NCBI GenBank assembly: GCA_949949035.1
Contig: CATLHJ010000003.1
Coordinates: 14,065 to 78,064 of the forward strand
Source: an uncultured Clostridia bacterium
GTDB lineage: Bacteria; Bacillota; Clostridia; Christensenellales; UBA1242
Length of the DNA stretch: 64,000 bases
Direction: 5' to 3'
This document shows positions 18,520 through 27,642 of this stretch, piece by piece (positions within the stretch are counted from its first letter, which is position 1; each line of letters starts with the position of its first letter). A program made the translations under genes and the position numbers. The notes beneath the pieces are model-generated. The model was not told where the DNA came from. It did no database searches and worked only from the letters and a program-made list of their open reading frames with translations.

Positions 18520-19819
18520 GGTTGGTGCTACCGCCACTTTCTCGTGCCGACCCACCCGCGCGGTACAATACGCATTGCCCCAGTTTTTCGGCGTCGCGGA
18601 AGACCGGCCCCGCCGCTACCTGTTCGTCCGCCGTCGCGTACGGGTAACGCAAGCATTGTTCCAGTAATTTATTACAGGACGTACCCACCGTCACGATTTG
18701 CAGCGGTTGTTGCGGGTGCGCACGGTCGTAAGTTTGTACTACCGCCTGTACTCCGCGTACCAAGGCCGCGAAAATGGCCGCTTGGTCGCGTTGGTGTTGC
18801 CGATGTTGGAAGCGGTCGTTGACGGCCAAAGTATTAACCACCGCTTGCGCGCGGTCGGCAAGGATGCGCAAGGTACCTTTAGCGACAATCGTGCCGGCAC
18901 GGTTACGTACCACCAAGTTTTGTGTATCGGGCGCGTAAATCGCCATTTGCGCCACGCCGGAACCATAATACGGCGCGCCAACGGTGCCACAGCAACTGCA
19001 CAAGATGCCCAGCACCGCATTTTCGGGATCACGTTTATCCAACATTGCAAAAGTGAAATCCTGACTGCCAATCGGTTCCGCCAACGGCGTGCCCAAAATG
19101 TGGTGCGGAATCTGGCGCGCGCGGGCTTGGTCAAAGGCCGCCACACTGCGGGTAAAAATGGCTTGGTTCAGGCCGTAACTGGCGCACAGGTTGGCCAGCG
19201 CTTTGGTGCGGTGGGTTACACCGGTGTAAGGCGGTTTGCTGGGGGCGTGGTAAAAACGGGTTAAGCCGTCCGTCACCAACAGACCGTTGACCTGTTTGCC
19301 GTCGGGGTGGGCTTGCATTAAACGGTACGCGCGGTCAAAACGCAACACCAGTTTTTGGAACAGCCCACTTAACGGCGTGACGGAGTCGCGTTCTAACCGC
19401 AGAACCGTAGCCAACCACGAATACTGTACTTGTTTACCCAACCGTGCCGCATGACCGATAAAATCCAGTAACCGTGGGTTGGGCGGGCAATGTTCCGGCA
19501 AATCGGGAAACAAGGCGGCAAAGTCACCAATACGCAAACTGCCTTGCGGGTCGGTCGCCGCTTGACCGTCGGCCAAAATCTGCCGTAACACGGTACTGGC
19601 TTTTTGTCCCAGCACCATCTTGGTGGCCCGTCCGTTCTCGTCCACGTAAGGCTCCCGCGCGAAACAGCCCAATGCTTCCGCGAATCGGTAAAAGGCGTCC
19701 TGTTCCGTACTGTCCGCGGCGACCAACCTTGCGCCCAAGCCCACTTGGTTTAATTGCTCTTGCAAAAAACACACGCTTTGGTTCGGCACCGTACATTTCC
19801 GCAATTTAATTTGGTTCAT
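18503..19819 (-). CDS. hypothetical protein (438-aa orphan, visibly GC-richer than its neighbours)
   Basis: Long ORF. ATG at 19819 chosen (MNQIKLRK). No TM helices. The LGILCSCCGTVGAPYYGSG segment was not recognised. Confidence 0.55.
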   Translation of the reverse strand: MNQIKLRKCTVPNQSVCFLQEQLNQVGLGARLVAADSTEQDAFYRFAEALGCFAREPYVDENGRATKMVLGQKASTVLRQILADGQAATDPQGSLRIGDFAALFPDLPEHCPPNPRLLDFIGHAARLGKQVQYSWLATVLRLERDSVTPLSGLFQKLVLRFDRAYRLMQAHPDGKQVNGLLVTDGLTRFYHAPSKPPYTGVTHRTKALANLCASYGLNQAIFTRSVAAFDQARARQIPHHILGTPLAEPIGSQDFTFAMLDKRDPENAVLGILCSCCGTVGAPYYGSGVAQMAIYAPDTQNLVVRNRAGTIVAKGTLRILADRAQAVVNTLAVNDRFQHRQHQRDQAAIFAALVRGVQAVVQTYDRAHPQQPLQIVTVGTSCNKLLEQCLRYPYATADEQVAAGPVFRDAEKLGQCVLYRAGGSARESGGSTNLNEKS

Positions 19820-19963
19820 TTCACGTTTAGCATAACACACCGCGCCCGGCAAAAGCAAGACCCACCACGGGTGAACGGTTAATTGCGGACGGCGTTACCA
19901 ACTTTTTGTGCGACAGTCACCGCCAATTTGACTACCAGTGTTACGCGGTGATTACCGACCTAA

Positions 19964-20671
19964 TCAATATTCTACCGCCCACAGCGTCAACCCTTTGGCC
20001 GGTGCCGTGCGCCCCGCGGCTTGCCGATTACGCGCCTTTAACACCGCGGTCACGTCCCGCCCGTCGAGCAACGTCCCCACAATAATGCGCACCATGTTGT
20101 GCAAAAAACCATTGCCGGTAATCACGAAACGAATTTCGTCGTCGTGGGCTTGAACGTCCAGTGCGTAAATGGTGCGTACCGGATTTTTGTCGCGCAAGTT
20201 GGTACAAAAGGACGTGAAGTCGTGCGTGCCGACCAGTTGCGCCGCTTGGGCGCGGATTTTCGCCACGTCGACGGGCTTGTACAGTTGGTGATAGGTTGCA
20301 TCGCGTAAAGGACTGCGGGTCGGGGACACGTAACATTTGTACACGTAAGTTTTGGCGTGGGCGTCACTGCGCGCGTTAAATTTCGGCAACAGTTCGGCCT
20401 TGGTCACCGCGATGTCGGCCGGCAAGTAGGTGTTTACGCCCAACAGCAATTGGTACAAATTGACGTTGTCGCACGGACACAGACAAGAAATGACTTGCCC
20501 CACCGCGTGCACGCCGGCATCGGTACGACCACTGCCCACCACCTTGACGGGAGTGTTGAAGTAACGGCTTAACGCACTTTCCAGTTCGGCCTGTACGGTG
20601 CGTTGCCCGACTTGGCTTTGAAAACCCGCAAAGCGCGTGCCCAGATATTCACAAGTAATTTTCAAATGCAT
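19964..20671 (-). CDS. truA: tRNA pseudouridine(38-40) synthase TruA
   Basis: GSGRTDAGVHAVGQV catalytic Asp motif. Start at MHLKITCEYLGTRFAGFQ (ATG 20671). Confidence 0.85.
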   Translation of the reverse strand: MHLKITCEYLGTRFAGFQSQVGQRTVQAELESALSRYFNTPVKVVGSGRTDAGVHAVGQVISCLCPCDNVNLYQLLLGVNTYLPADIAVTKAELLPKFNARSDAHAKTYVYKCYVSPTRSPLRDATYHQLYKPVDVAKIRAQAAQLVGTHDFTSFCTNLRDKNPVRTIYALDVQAHDDEIRFVITGNGFLHNMVRIIVGTLLDGRDVTAVLKARNRQAAGRTAPAKGLTLWAVEY

Positions 20672-20837
20672 TGGGCTATTGTACCGCGCCGACGGGAACT
20701 TGGCAATCACGTCCGCAAACGCCGCCGCCACTACGTGTTCAGTACCCATGATTTAAGCATAGCCCTTATTTACTGTTTGCACAAACGGTATTTTGGCAAA
20801 CGGTAGTTAATACACTATGGCATAGGGGGGAGAAGAT

Positions 20838-21080
20838 ATGAATTTACAAACCGCTGTTGCCACTAAAATTGTCAAACTTTTGCACGAACGCAATATGACG
20901 CGTTACGCTTTATGTAAAAAGATTGCTATGTCCGAATCCAGTTTGAAAAACATTATTGATGAACGATACACCGACATTAAATTGTCAACCGTAATGAACA
21001 TTGCTGATGGTTTTGACCTGACGCTGGCCGAATTTTTCAACGACCCGTTGTTCGCCAAAGAAAATATCGAATGCGAATAA
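20838..21080 (+). CDS. XRE-family HTH transcriptional regulator
   Basis: 80 aa with GGGGGAG RBS. Aligns to 17752-17994 over the full length, with roughly half the positions identical by eye. Confidence 0.8.
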   Translation: MNLQTAVATKIVKLLHERNMTRYALCKKIAMSESSLKNIIDERYTDIKLSTVMNIADGFDLTLAEFFNDPLFAKENIECE

Positions 21081-21091
21081 GCAATTAAAAC

Positions 21092-21556
21092 TTACGCTCG
21101 CCTTAAAATCACGTTGCCGGAAACCGCGGCGATGGCGTCGCCGTTGGTTAAAACCATTTTGCTATTGTGACGGTACTCGCGGACTTGGTTATTCACCCGC
21201 AAATTAAAGGTGCGCGCGCTTTCGTCCACCGCTAACAGCAGGTACTCGCCCGCGGGGATGGTCGCCTTTTTCCCGTCCGCCACCGTGTAGGTCGTACCTT
21301 TGCTTAAAATGACGTCACGTTTTTCGTGCGTTACCCCGACCGCGGTGGCTTCCGCCCGCGCCAAGCGGTTAATTTTTACCGCCCAGATCATAATTAAGGT
21401 TAACAAAATCACCGCCACGCCCGCGATTAACAACCACCAATACCACGCGTAGTGCCGTGCGTTAATGGCGGCGTCAATCGGTAGCGCACACACTAACCCC
21501 GCCAAGGCCGCGGCGATAATCACCCACGGTAAATAAAATTTTACTTTTTTGGCCAT
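21092..21556 (-). CDS. hypothetical membrane protein
   Basis: 154 aa with two N-terminal TM helices and a soluble C-terminal domain. Confidence 0.5.
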   Translation of the reverse strand: MAKKVKFYLPWVIIAAALAGLVCALPIDAAINARHYAWYWWLLIAGVAVILLTLIMIWAVKINRLARAEATAVGVTHEKRDVILSKGTTYTVADGKKATIPAGEYLLLAVDESARTFNLRVNNQVREYRHNSKMVLTNGDAIAAVSGNVILRRA

Positions 21557-21654
21557 ATTTCAGCATAACATACCGCCGCTTTTTCCCCAAACTTTTTACG
21601 TGACGCAGTTAATAACCGATTGTTGCCCCCTGCTCGGCCGTGTTACAATAGCGT

Positions 21655-23079
21655 ATGCCGTATTGGTTACCCAGTGTCGCGTTAAGTTTGGCCATTATTT
21701 ACCTGTGGGGTGGTACCCCGTTTTGGGTGACTAATGGTTGGTTAACTGGCGGTTGGGCGTTAGTACTTTACGCCGTGTTGGTCGCCGTACCGTTAATTGT
21801 GCTTGGCGTCATGGCGTTCCGTCAACGATTAGGTAATACCCCTCCCCCCCCCCTACAACGGCGGGGGTGGCGTCTGGCCAACTGCTGGCTTGGGTTGTTG
21901 CTGGTTTGGTCGTTAACCGTCATTTTGGCCGGCTGGGAAAGTTACGATTTTAAGGACTCCTTATGGCCGTGGACGGAACACTACCACGCTTTGGGGTGGG
22001 TCGAGTCCTTACGGCAAATGACCACTATTTCCAATTACACTCCGTTGTACAATTACTTTTTGGTAATGTTAGGGCAACTAGGTCTAACCCGCACCGCCAC
22101 GTTATACGCGATTAAGTATTTAACTTTGCTGGCGTCCGTTGCGCTGGCGGTGGCGGTGGCTTTAATCGTGGCGCACGTTCGTCAAAAACCGTTTAGTTGG
22201 GGCTTGGTCATCGGTAGTTTACTATTACCGCCGGTCATTATGGAAAGTGCGCTGTGGGCGCAATGCGATGCAATTTACACCGCGCTGTGCCTGTTTGCTT
22301 TTTACGCCGCGTTAAAGCACCGTTCAAGAACCGCCATGGTCTTGGTCGGTTTGGCCTTTGCCACGAAGTTCCAATTTATCTTTATCGTACCGGTATTATT
22401 TTTAATGTTAATAGTCAAGGACGCGGACGGCCGACCTTATTTACGGTGGCGGGACTTATGGTTAGCACCGTTAATGTACGTGGTTAATTTATGGCCGGTG
22501 TGCTTTGGCGCAGACATCGTCCCGATTTTAACCGTTTATTGGGGGCAATACGACGGGTTATACCTAGCCGCCAATGCGGCAACCTTACCCATGCTCACTA
22601 ACCTGCTTCTGCGATACTTAAGCCCACTTTTTCCCTGCGGGATGTCGCAACTGGGATGGGACGTAGCCTATTACGTGCATTTCGGGTTGGGTTTGTTGGC
22701 CTTTGGGCTGTTGTTATTCGTGGCCAGCAAACGCACATATCGCCACCGCCCCGACCCCGCCGGCTGGGTTAACTACGCGTTGTTGTTCGCGTTAAGCATG
22801 CCGTTCATCATGCCCCACATGCACGACCGGTTCTGTTTTATGGCGGCGGTACTGGCTATGGTGTACGCTTACTGCCAACCGAGCCGCCGTAATTTTTGGG
22901 TCATGGGCTTGGTGGTCGGCAGTCAAACTTTGGCCATGTTCCCGTTTTTGCACATTGACCTACTACCTTATCCGTGGCCGCTGTTACTGGCGACGATTGC
23001 CAACTTGGTCGCGTGGTTTATCGGGTTAGACGGATTAAATCGTACGCCCGTGTGCCAACACCCAGTGCCGCCGCAGTAA
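21655..23079 (+). CDS. polytopic membrane protein, possible GT-C-type glycosyltransferase
   Basis: 474 aa with more than 10 predicted TM helices. The architecture resembles membrane mannosyl/arabinosyl-transferase-like proteins. Function is tentative. Confidence 0.5.
   Translation: MPYWLPSVALSLAIIYLWGGTPFWVTNGWLTGGWALVLYAVLVAVPLIVLGVMAFRQRLGNTPPPPLQRRGWRLANCWLGLLLVWSLTVILAGWESYDFKDSLWPWTEHYHALGWVESLRQMTTISNYTPLYNYFLVMLGQLGLTRTATLYAIKYLTLLASVALAVAVALIVAHVRQKPFSWGLVIGSLLLPPVIMESALWAQCDAIYTALCLFAFYAALKHRSRTAMVLVGLAFATKFQFIFIVPVLFLMLIVKDADGRPYLRWRDLWLAPLMYVVNLWPVCFGADIVPILTVYWGQYDGLYLAANAATLPMLTNLLLRYLSPLFPCGMSQLGWDVAYYVHFGLGLLAFGLLLFVASKRTYRHRPDPAGWVNYALLFALSMPFIMPHMHDRFCFMAAVLAMVYAYCQPSRRNFWVMGLVVGSQTLAMFPFLHIDLLPYPWPLLLATIANLVAWFIGLDGLNRTPVCQHPVPPQ
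21844..21853 (+). repeat. homopolymeric C10 tract inside the coding sequence
   Basis: cctcccccccccccta encodes the TPPPP segment at about codon 63 of 21655-23079. It is the longest G/C homopolymer I noticed in the window. Confidence 0.9.
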
Positions 23080-23128
23080 ACTTTGGCTGGTTGCATACCA
23101 ATGCTTTACCACGTACGGGTAACCATGG

Positions 23129-23725
23129 TCAAACGGCGGGCGTGGCAGGTTCGCCGCTGGGGCGAGTGGCTTTGGCCAGTTGGCGACGGTAGACCGCCAA
23201 CATTTTCGGGCGCAAGTAGCGTTGAATCATCGCCGACATTAGGTTCAAAATAATGTTCATCACGCAATACGGCAGCCCGACCGTCAAGCAGTACGGCCAC
23301 GGAATAAAGAAGATCGTCCAACTCAACAGGGCGGATACCAAATGTTCGGCTTCCCCGAACGCGGCTTCTTGCAGGAAGCGGAACAAGTAATCCGGGTTTA
23401 AGTTATCCAGATGGTCCTTGCGAAAACCGCCCAGTTTGCCCAGTTCCGGCACCTTATCTTTCCATTTACGCACCCCGCACGCCAAGCAAAACGTGGTCTG
23501 CCACGGTTTAGTTTGGTAAAATTTGGCCAGTGGGTTGTACAATTTTTTCGGCAACAAGCGCATCAGGCACACCACGACGATGTCGGTACCCAACACAATC
23601 CCCAGTCCCGCCGCCGTCCAAATTCCGCCCCAGGTAAAATCTAACCCCACCGTGGCGGCACAAAGGCCGTTAAGTCCCAAGGTTAGCACCGCAAAAATCG
23701 CCACGATGATCAGGTAAAGTACCAT
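23129..23725 (-). CDS. hypothetical membrane protein (possibly glycosyl-diaponeurosporenoate acyltransferase-like family)
   Basis: 198 aa with TM helices. The GVRKWKDKVPELG ... EAAFGEAEHL segment is reminiscent of that family. Weak. Confidence 0.45.
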   Translation of the reverse strand: MVLYLIIVAIFAVLTLGLNGLCAATVGLDFTWGGIWTAAGLGIVLGTDIVVVCLMRLLPKKLYNPLAKFYQTKPWQTTFCLACGVRKWKDKVPELGKLGGFRKDHLDNLNPDYLFRFLQEAAFGEAEHLVSALLSWTIFFIPWPYCLTVGLPYCVMNIILNLMSAMIQRYLRPKMLAVYRRQLAKATRPSGEPATPAV

Positions 23726-23788
23726 AAATTATGGTAACATACCTTTAATTGGTTGACTATTTTTTTCGACAAAAATTATACTGTATTT

Positions 23789-24712
23789 ATGAAAGTTGGG
23801 ATTCCCCGCGCGTTACTGTATTATAAGTACGAAAAATTATGGACAACCTTTTTTGACGAATGTGGTATCGAGTACATCATCAGTCCCGAAACCAACAAGG
23901 CTATTATTAACGACGCGGCCAATTTGGCGATTGACGAAACTTGTTTGCCGACCAAGATTTTGCTCGGGCACATTAACTGGTTAAAAAACCAGTGCGACTA
24001 CATCTTTATCCCGCGGGTGGAATTTGTCTACCGCGCGCAGATGTGCACCAAGTTCATGGCGCAAATTGATTTAGTCATGAATACTTTCCGCGGAGAGCAC
24101 TTAAAGTTCCTGTTTTACAATTTATACAAAAAAGGCCCGAAAGCCGAATACAAAGCCTTCAAAAAAATGGGCAAGTATTTGGGCTTAAAAAAGTCGGTTT
24201 ACAAGTACGCGTACTACACGGCCAAGCAAGCGCAGGTCTACTACGAAATGTTCCGTGCCCAAAACCAGTTACAGTTATTACAGCAACCCACCCCGCAAAA
24301 CAAAGTGTTAGTGGTTGCACACGCGTACAACATTGGCGACAAGTTCGTGGGGGAACCCATTTTACGCACCTTAAAAAATCTGGGGTGCCGGCCGATTATT
24401 GCCGAATACTTTGACGCACGCGAGTGTATTCAGGCATCCAAGCAGTTATCGCGCACCCTACCGTGGGCGTACAACCAACACCTATTGGGGGCGATTGCGT
24501 TGTATCACGAGCAAGTGGACGGCATTGTAATTTTAACCACTTTTCCGTGCGGTCCCGACAGCATGGTTAACGAAATGATTGTGCGTAAAATCAAGGACAA
24601 ACCCATTTTAACCTTAACTATGGACACCCAAGACGGCAGTGCCGGTTTAGAAACGCGGTTAGAAAGTTTTGTTGACATCTTAAATTTCCAAAAGGAGCGA
24701 CCCCATGCGTAA
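23789..24712 (+). CDS. acyl-CoA dehydratase activase-related protein (DUF2229-type)
   Basis: DETCLPTKILLGH and TTFPCGPDSMVNE motifs. ATG at 23789 (MKVGIPRALLYY). Confidence 0.7.
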   Translation: MKVGIPRALLYYKYEKLWTTFFDECGIEYIISPETNKAIINDAANLAIDETCLPTKILLGHINWLKNQCDYIFIPRVEFVYRAQMCTKFMAQIDLVMNTFRGEHLKFLFYNLYKKGPKAEYKAFKKMGKYLGLKKSVYKYAYYTAKQAQVYYEMFRAQNQLQLLQQPTPQNKVLVVAHAYNIGDKFVGEPILRTLKNLGCRPIIAEYFDARECIQASKQLSRTLPWAYNQHLLGAIALYHEQVDGIVILTTFPCGPDSMVNEMIVRKIKDKPILTLTMDTQDGSAGLETRLESFVDILNFQKERPHA

Positions 24713-25778
24713 AGAAGTAGTGGCGTGTTTCCCCCAATGGGGTAATTATTCCCACGCGTTCAAATTTTTATTGGAACGCGGTTTTAACGTGAAGTACCTT
24801 ACTCCCCCACCAATTACGCGCCAGACTTTGGCGTTAGGCAGCAAGTACAGCCCCGATTACGTTTGCGCGCCGTTTAAGTACTGCTTGGGTTGTTACATTG
24901 AAGCGTTAGCGCAAGGCGCGAATTGTCTGTTACAAATTTTCGGGGCCTGTCGGTTGAACTACTACGGCGAACTAGCCGAACAAATTTTACGCGATTTGGG
25001 TTACGACTTTCAATTCATGAATATGGCGGGTATCCAGTGGTTATCTCCCAAATCAATTATGGAAAACTTCAAAATTGTTAATCCCGACGTATCGTTGGTT
25101 AAGGTCGCGGCGGCGTTACCCACTACCCTAAAAATGATTGAGTACATTGACATCGTGGAAGATTACCTACGACGTAACGTGGGGTTTGAAGTCAACGACG
25201 GCGATTTCGACCGGTTATACCAACAATTTTCGCGGGACTTGGATACGGTGGAAAGTCGCAAGCAGTTAAAAAAAATTTTTAAGTCCTACTGGCAACGCTT
25301 TCGGCAAATTCCGTTAAACAAGCCCGCCAAAACCTTCAAGGTCGGCATGGTGGGCGACTACTACACGGTACAGGAGCCGTTTTCTAACTACTTTATGGAA
25401 AAAGAGTTAGCCAAAATGGGCATGGAAGTTTACCGCGACATGAATTTGACCAACAGTATCGTGCACAACAAATGGCGAGAGCGCCACAAGGTCGGCAAAA
25501 AGTACGCCAAATACAACATTGGGGCGACGGCGACCTTCACGGTAGCGGAAGCGTTACAGTTCGCGAAGCAGGGCTTTGACGGGATTATTCAGGTCAAGTC
25601 GTTCGGTTGCACCCCCGAAATTGACGCGATGCCGATTTTACAAAACGTAGCCAACGATTATAATATCCCCATTCTACACTTCAGTTTCGATTCGCAAACC
25701 AGTGAAGCGGGGGTCAAAACCCGTTTGGAAGCATTTTATGACATGGTGGCGGCGCGTCACCAAGGAGGCAAAAGATGA
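24705..25778 (+). CDS. 2-hydroxyacyl-CoA dehydratase-like / DUF2229-type protein
   Basis: YVCAPFKYCLGC and VKSFGCTPEIDAM motifs. 8-nt overlap with the upstream gene. Confidence 0.7.
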   Translation: MRKEVVACFPQWGNYSHAFKFLLERGFNVKYLTPPPITRQTLALGSKYSPDYVCAPFKYCLGCYIEALAQGANCLLQIFGACRLNYYGELAEQILRDLGYDFQFMNMAGIQWLSPKSIMENFKIVNPDVSLVKVAAALPTTLKMIEYIDIVEDYLRRNVGFEVNDGDFDRLYQQFSRDLDTVESRKQLKKIFKSYWQRFRQIPLNKPAKTFKVGMVGDYYTVQEPFSNYFMEKELAKMGMEVYRDMNLTNSIVHNKWRERHKVGKKYAKYNIGATATFTVAEALQFAKQGFDGIIQVKSFGCTPEIDAMPILQNVANDYNIPILHFSFDSQTSEAGVKTRLEAFYDMVAARHQGGKR

Positions 25779-26725
25779 AAAAAGCGTATTTAGGCATTGA
25801 CATTGGTTCAATTTCCACCAAAGGGGTAGTGATTGACGCCAAAAACCAAATTATTGCCAGCGAATACTTATGGACAGAAGGCGACCCGATGGGGGCGGTC
25901 AAGCGGTTGTTAAAATCTTTACAAAAGCAGATTAAGGACCAAACCGTACAGGTAGTGGCCGTCGGCACGACCGGCAGTGCGCGTAAATTGATTGGCGCAA
26001 TGACCAACGCGACGGTAGTTAAAAACGAGATTACCGCGCACGCCATTGGCACTACTACCCTGTACCCTGACGTAAACACGATTTTTGAAATCGGTGGGCA
26101 AGACAGCAAAATCATCATTGTGGAAAATGGCTTCGTGGTGGACTACGCGATGAACACCCTGTGCGCCGCGGGGACGGGGTCATTTTTAAGCAGTCAAGCG
26201 CATAGATTGGGGGTATCGGTGGCAGAATTCGGCGCGATTGCGTTAACCAGTAAACACCCGACCAACATCGCTGCCCGTTGCACCGTGTTTGCCGAAAGCG
26301 ATCTGGTACACAAAGCCCAAATGGGTCACAAAAAGGAAGACATTATTGCGGGTTTATGCAAAGCCGTAGTCACTAATTACCTGAACAACTTGGGTAAAGG
26401 CAAACGCATTAAAGCCCCGATTGTGTTCCAAGGTGGGGTCAGCAAAAACATCGGCGTCAAAAAGGCCTTTGAAGAAGCGGTCGGTTGCGAAGTCATGGTG
26501 GATCCGAACGGGCACTTAATGGGCGCGTTCGGCGTCGCGGTTCTGGCCAAGCAGGCGGGCATTGAACGACACTTCAATTTTAACGTGGCCGACCTTGATT
26601 TTCGCACCAAGGGCTTTGAATGCCCGAAGTGTGCGAACCACTGCGAAATAATTTGCGTGTACCAAGGCAACAAATTGCTAGACGCTTGGGGCAATAAGTG
26701 CGACAATGGAGCAGTAAGGGTTTGA
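25775..26725 (+). CDS. BadF/BadG/BcrA/BcrD-type ATPase (CoA-substrate-specific enzyme activase)
   Basis: LGIDIGSISTKGVV, EIGGQDSK and CAAGTGSFL motifs of the acetate/sugar-kinase-fold activases. C-terminal CPKCANHCEIIC cluster. ATGA overlap with the upstream gene. Confidence 0.85.
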   Translation: MKKAYLGIDIGSISTKGVVIDAKNQIIASEYLWTEGDPMGAVKRLLKSLQKQIKDQTVQVVAVGTTGSARKLIGAMTNATVVKNEITAHAIGTTTLYPDVNTIFEIGGQDSKIIIVENGFVVDYAMNTLCAAGTGSFLSSQAHRLGVSVAEFGAIALTSKHPTNIAARCTVFAESDLVHKAQMGHKKEDIIAGLCKAVVTNYLNNLGKGKRIKAPIVFQGGVSKNIGVKKAFEEAVGCEVMVDPNGHLMGAFGVAVLAKQAGIERHFNFNVADLDFRTKGFECPKCANHCEIICVYQGNKLLDAWGNKCDNGAVRV

Positions 26726-26823
26726 AAACCATTACTGCAACAGGTCTGGACGCGAGTTTACGCGCGGACAGATAATGGGACAACCCAGAACCACCATTTC
26801 GTGCCAGACAAGGAGAACCAATT

Positions 26824-27642
26824 ATGATTAAATTAGTGATTGACTGTACCTGCGAAATCAGCGTGGCCGAAGCGGCCAAAATGGGCATTACTTGCCTACC
26901 CATGCGCATGGTCATGGATGATGAAGAGTTCTTGGCGGGGGAAAACCTGACCAACGACGAGTTTTACGCCAAATTACCGACCTTAAAAAATTTACCCAAG
27001 ACCATGGCGGTTAACCCCGACGATTACGTCGCGGCGATCAAGCCGTTGTTGGACGCGGGCGACGAAGTGTTAGCCATGGCCATCAGCAGTGGCTTGTCCA
27101 GCACCTACCAAAATTTGACCATTGCCGCGCAAGAATTGAACAACCCCCGACTACGGATTTTTGATACCCAAACCTTCACCATTGCCTACTACGCGTTGGT
27201 GATGGAAGCCAAAAAAATGATTGACGCGGGCAAAAATTTAGACGAAATCGAACAACGTTTAACCGAATTACGGGGTAAAGTACAAATTTACACGATTGTT
27301 GACGACATTCATTACATGATCAAGGGCGGTCGCATCGGGATTGTGACGGGCTTATTGGCGAAGACTTTACACATTAAACCGATTATTGGCGTAGTGGACA
27401 AAAAATTGGCGATGGTTGCCAAAGCGATGGGCTACAATAACGCCAAAAAAGCAATGTTACGTTTGGTGGCCAACGCCGACCGCAACCTGCCCATGTATTA
27501 CGGACACTGCCACGCGCCGGAAAAAGCAGCGGATTTTAAGCAGATTTTTGACTTTAATTTTGTCGAAAACCGCGAAATTGGCCCCATTATTGGCACGCAC
27601 GGTGGACCGGGGTGCGTTGGTTTGGCTTTTTTTGAAAAATAA
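26824..27642 (+). CDS. DegV-family fatty-acid-binding protein
   Basis: 272 aa. Typical DegV layout (IKLVIDCTCEIS, SSGLSSTYQN, GGRIG, GTHGGPG). Confidence 0.8.
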   Translation: MIKLVIDCTCEISVAEAAKMGITCLPMRMVMDDEEFLAGENLTNDEFYAKLPTLKNLPKTMAVNPDDYVAAIKPLLDAGDEVLAMAISSGLSSTYQNLTIAAQELNNPRLRIFDTQTFTIAYYALVMEAKKMIDAGKNLDEIEQRLTELRGKVQIYTIVDDIHYMIKGGRIGIVTGLLAKTLHIKPIIGVVDKKLAMVAKAMGYNNAKKAMLRLVANADRNLPMYYGHCHAPEKAADFKQIFDFNFVENREIGPIIGTHGGPGCVGLAFFEK

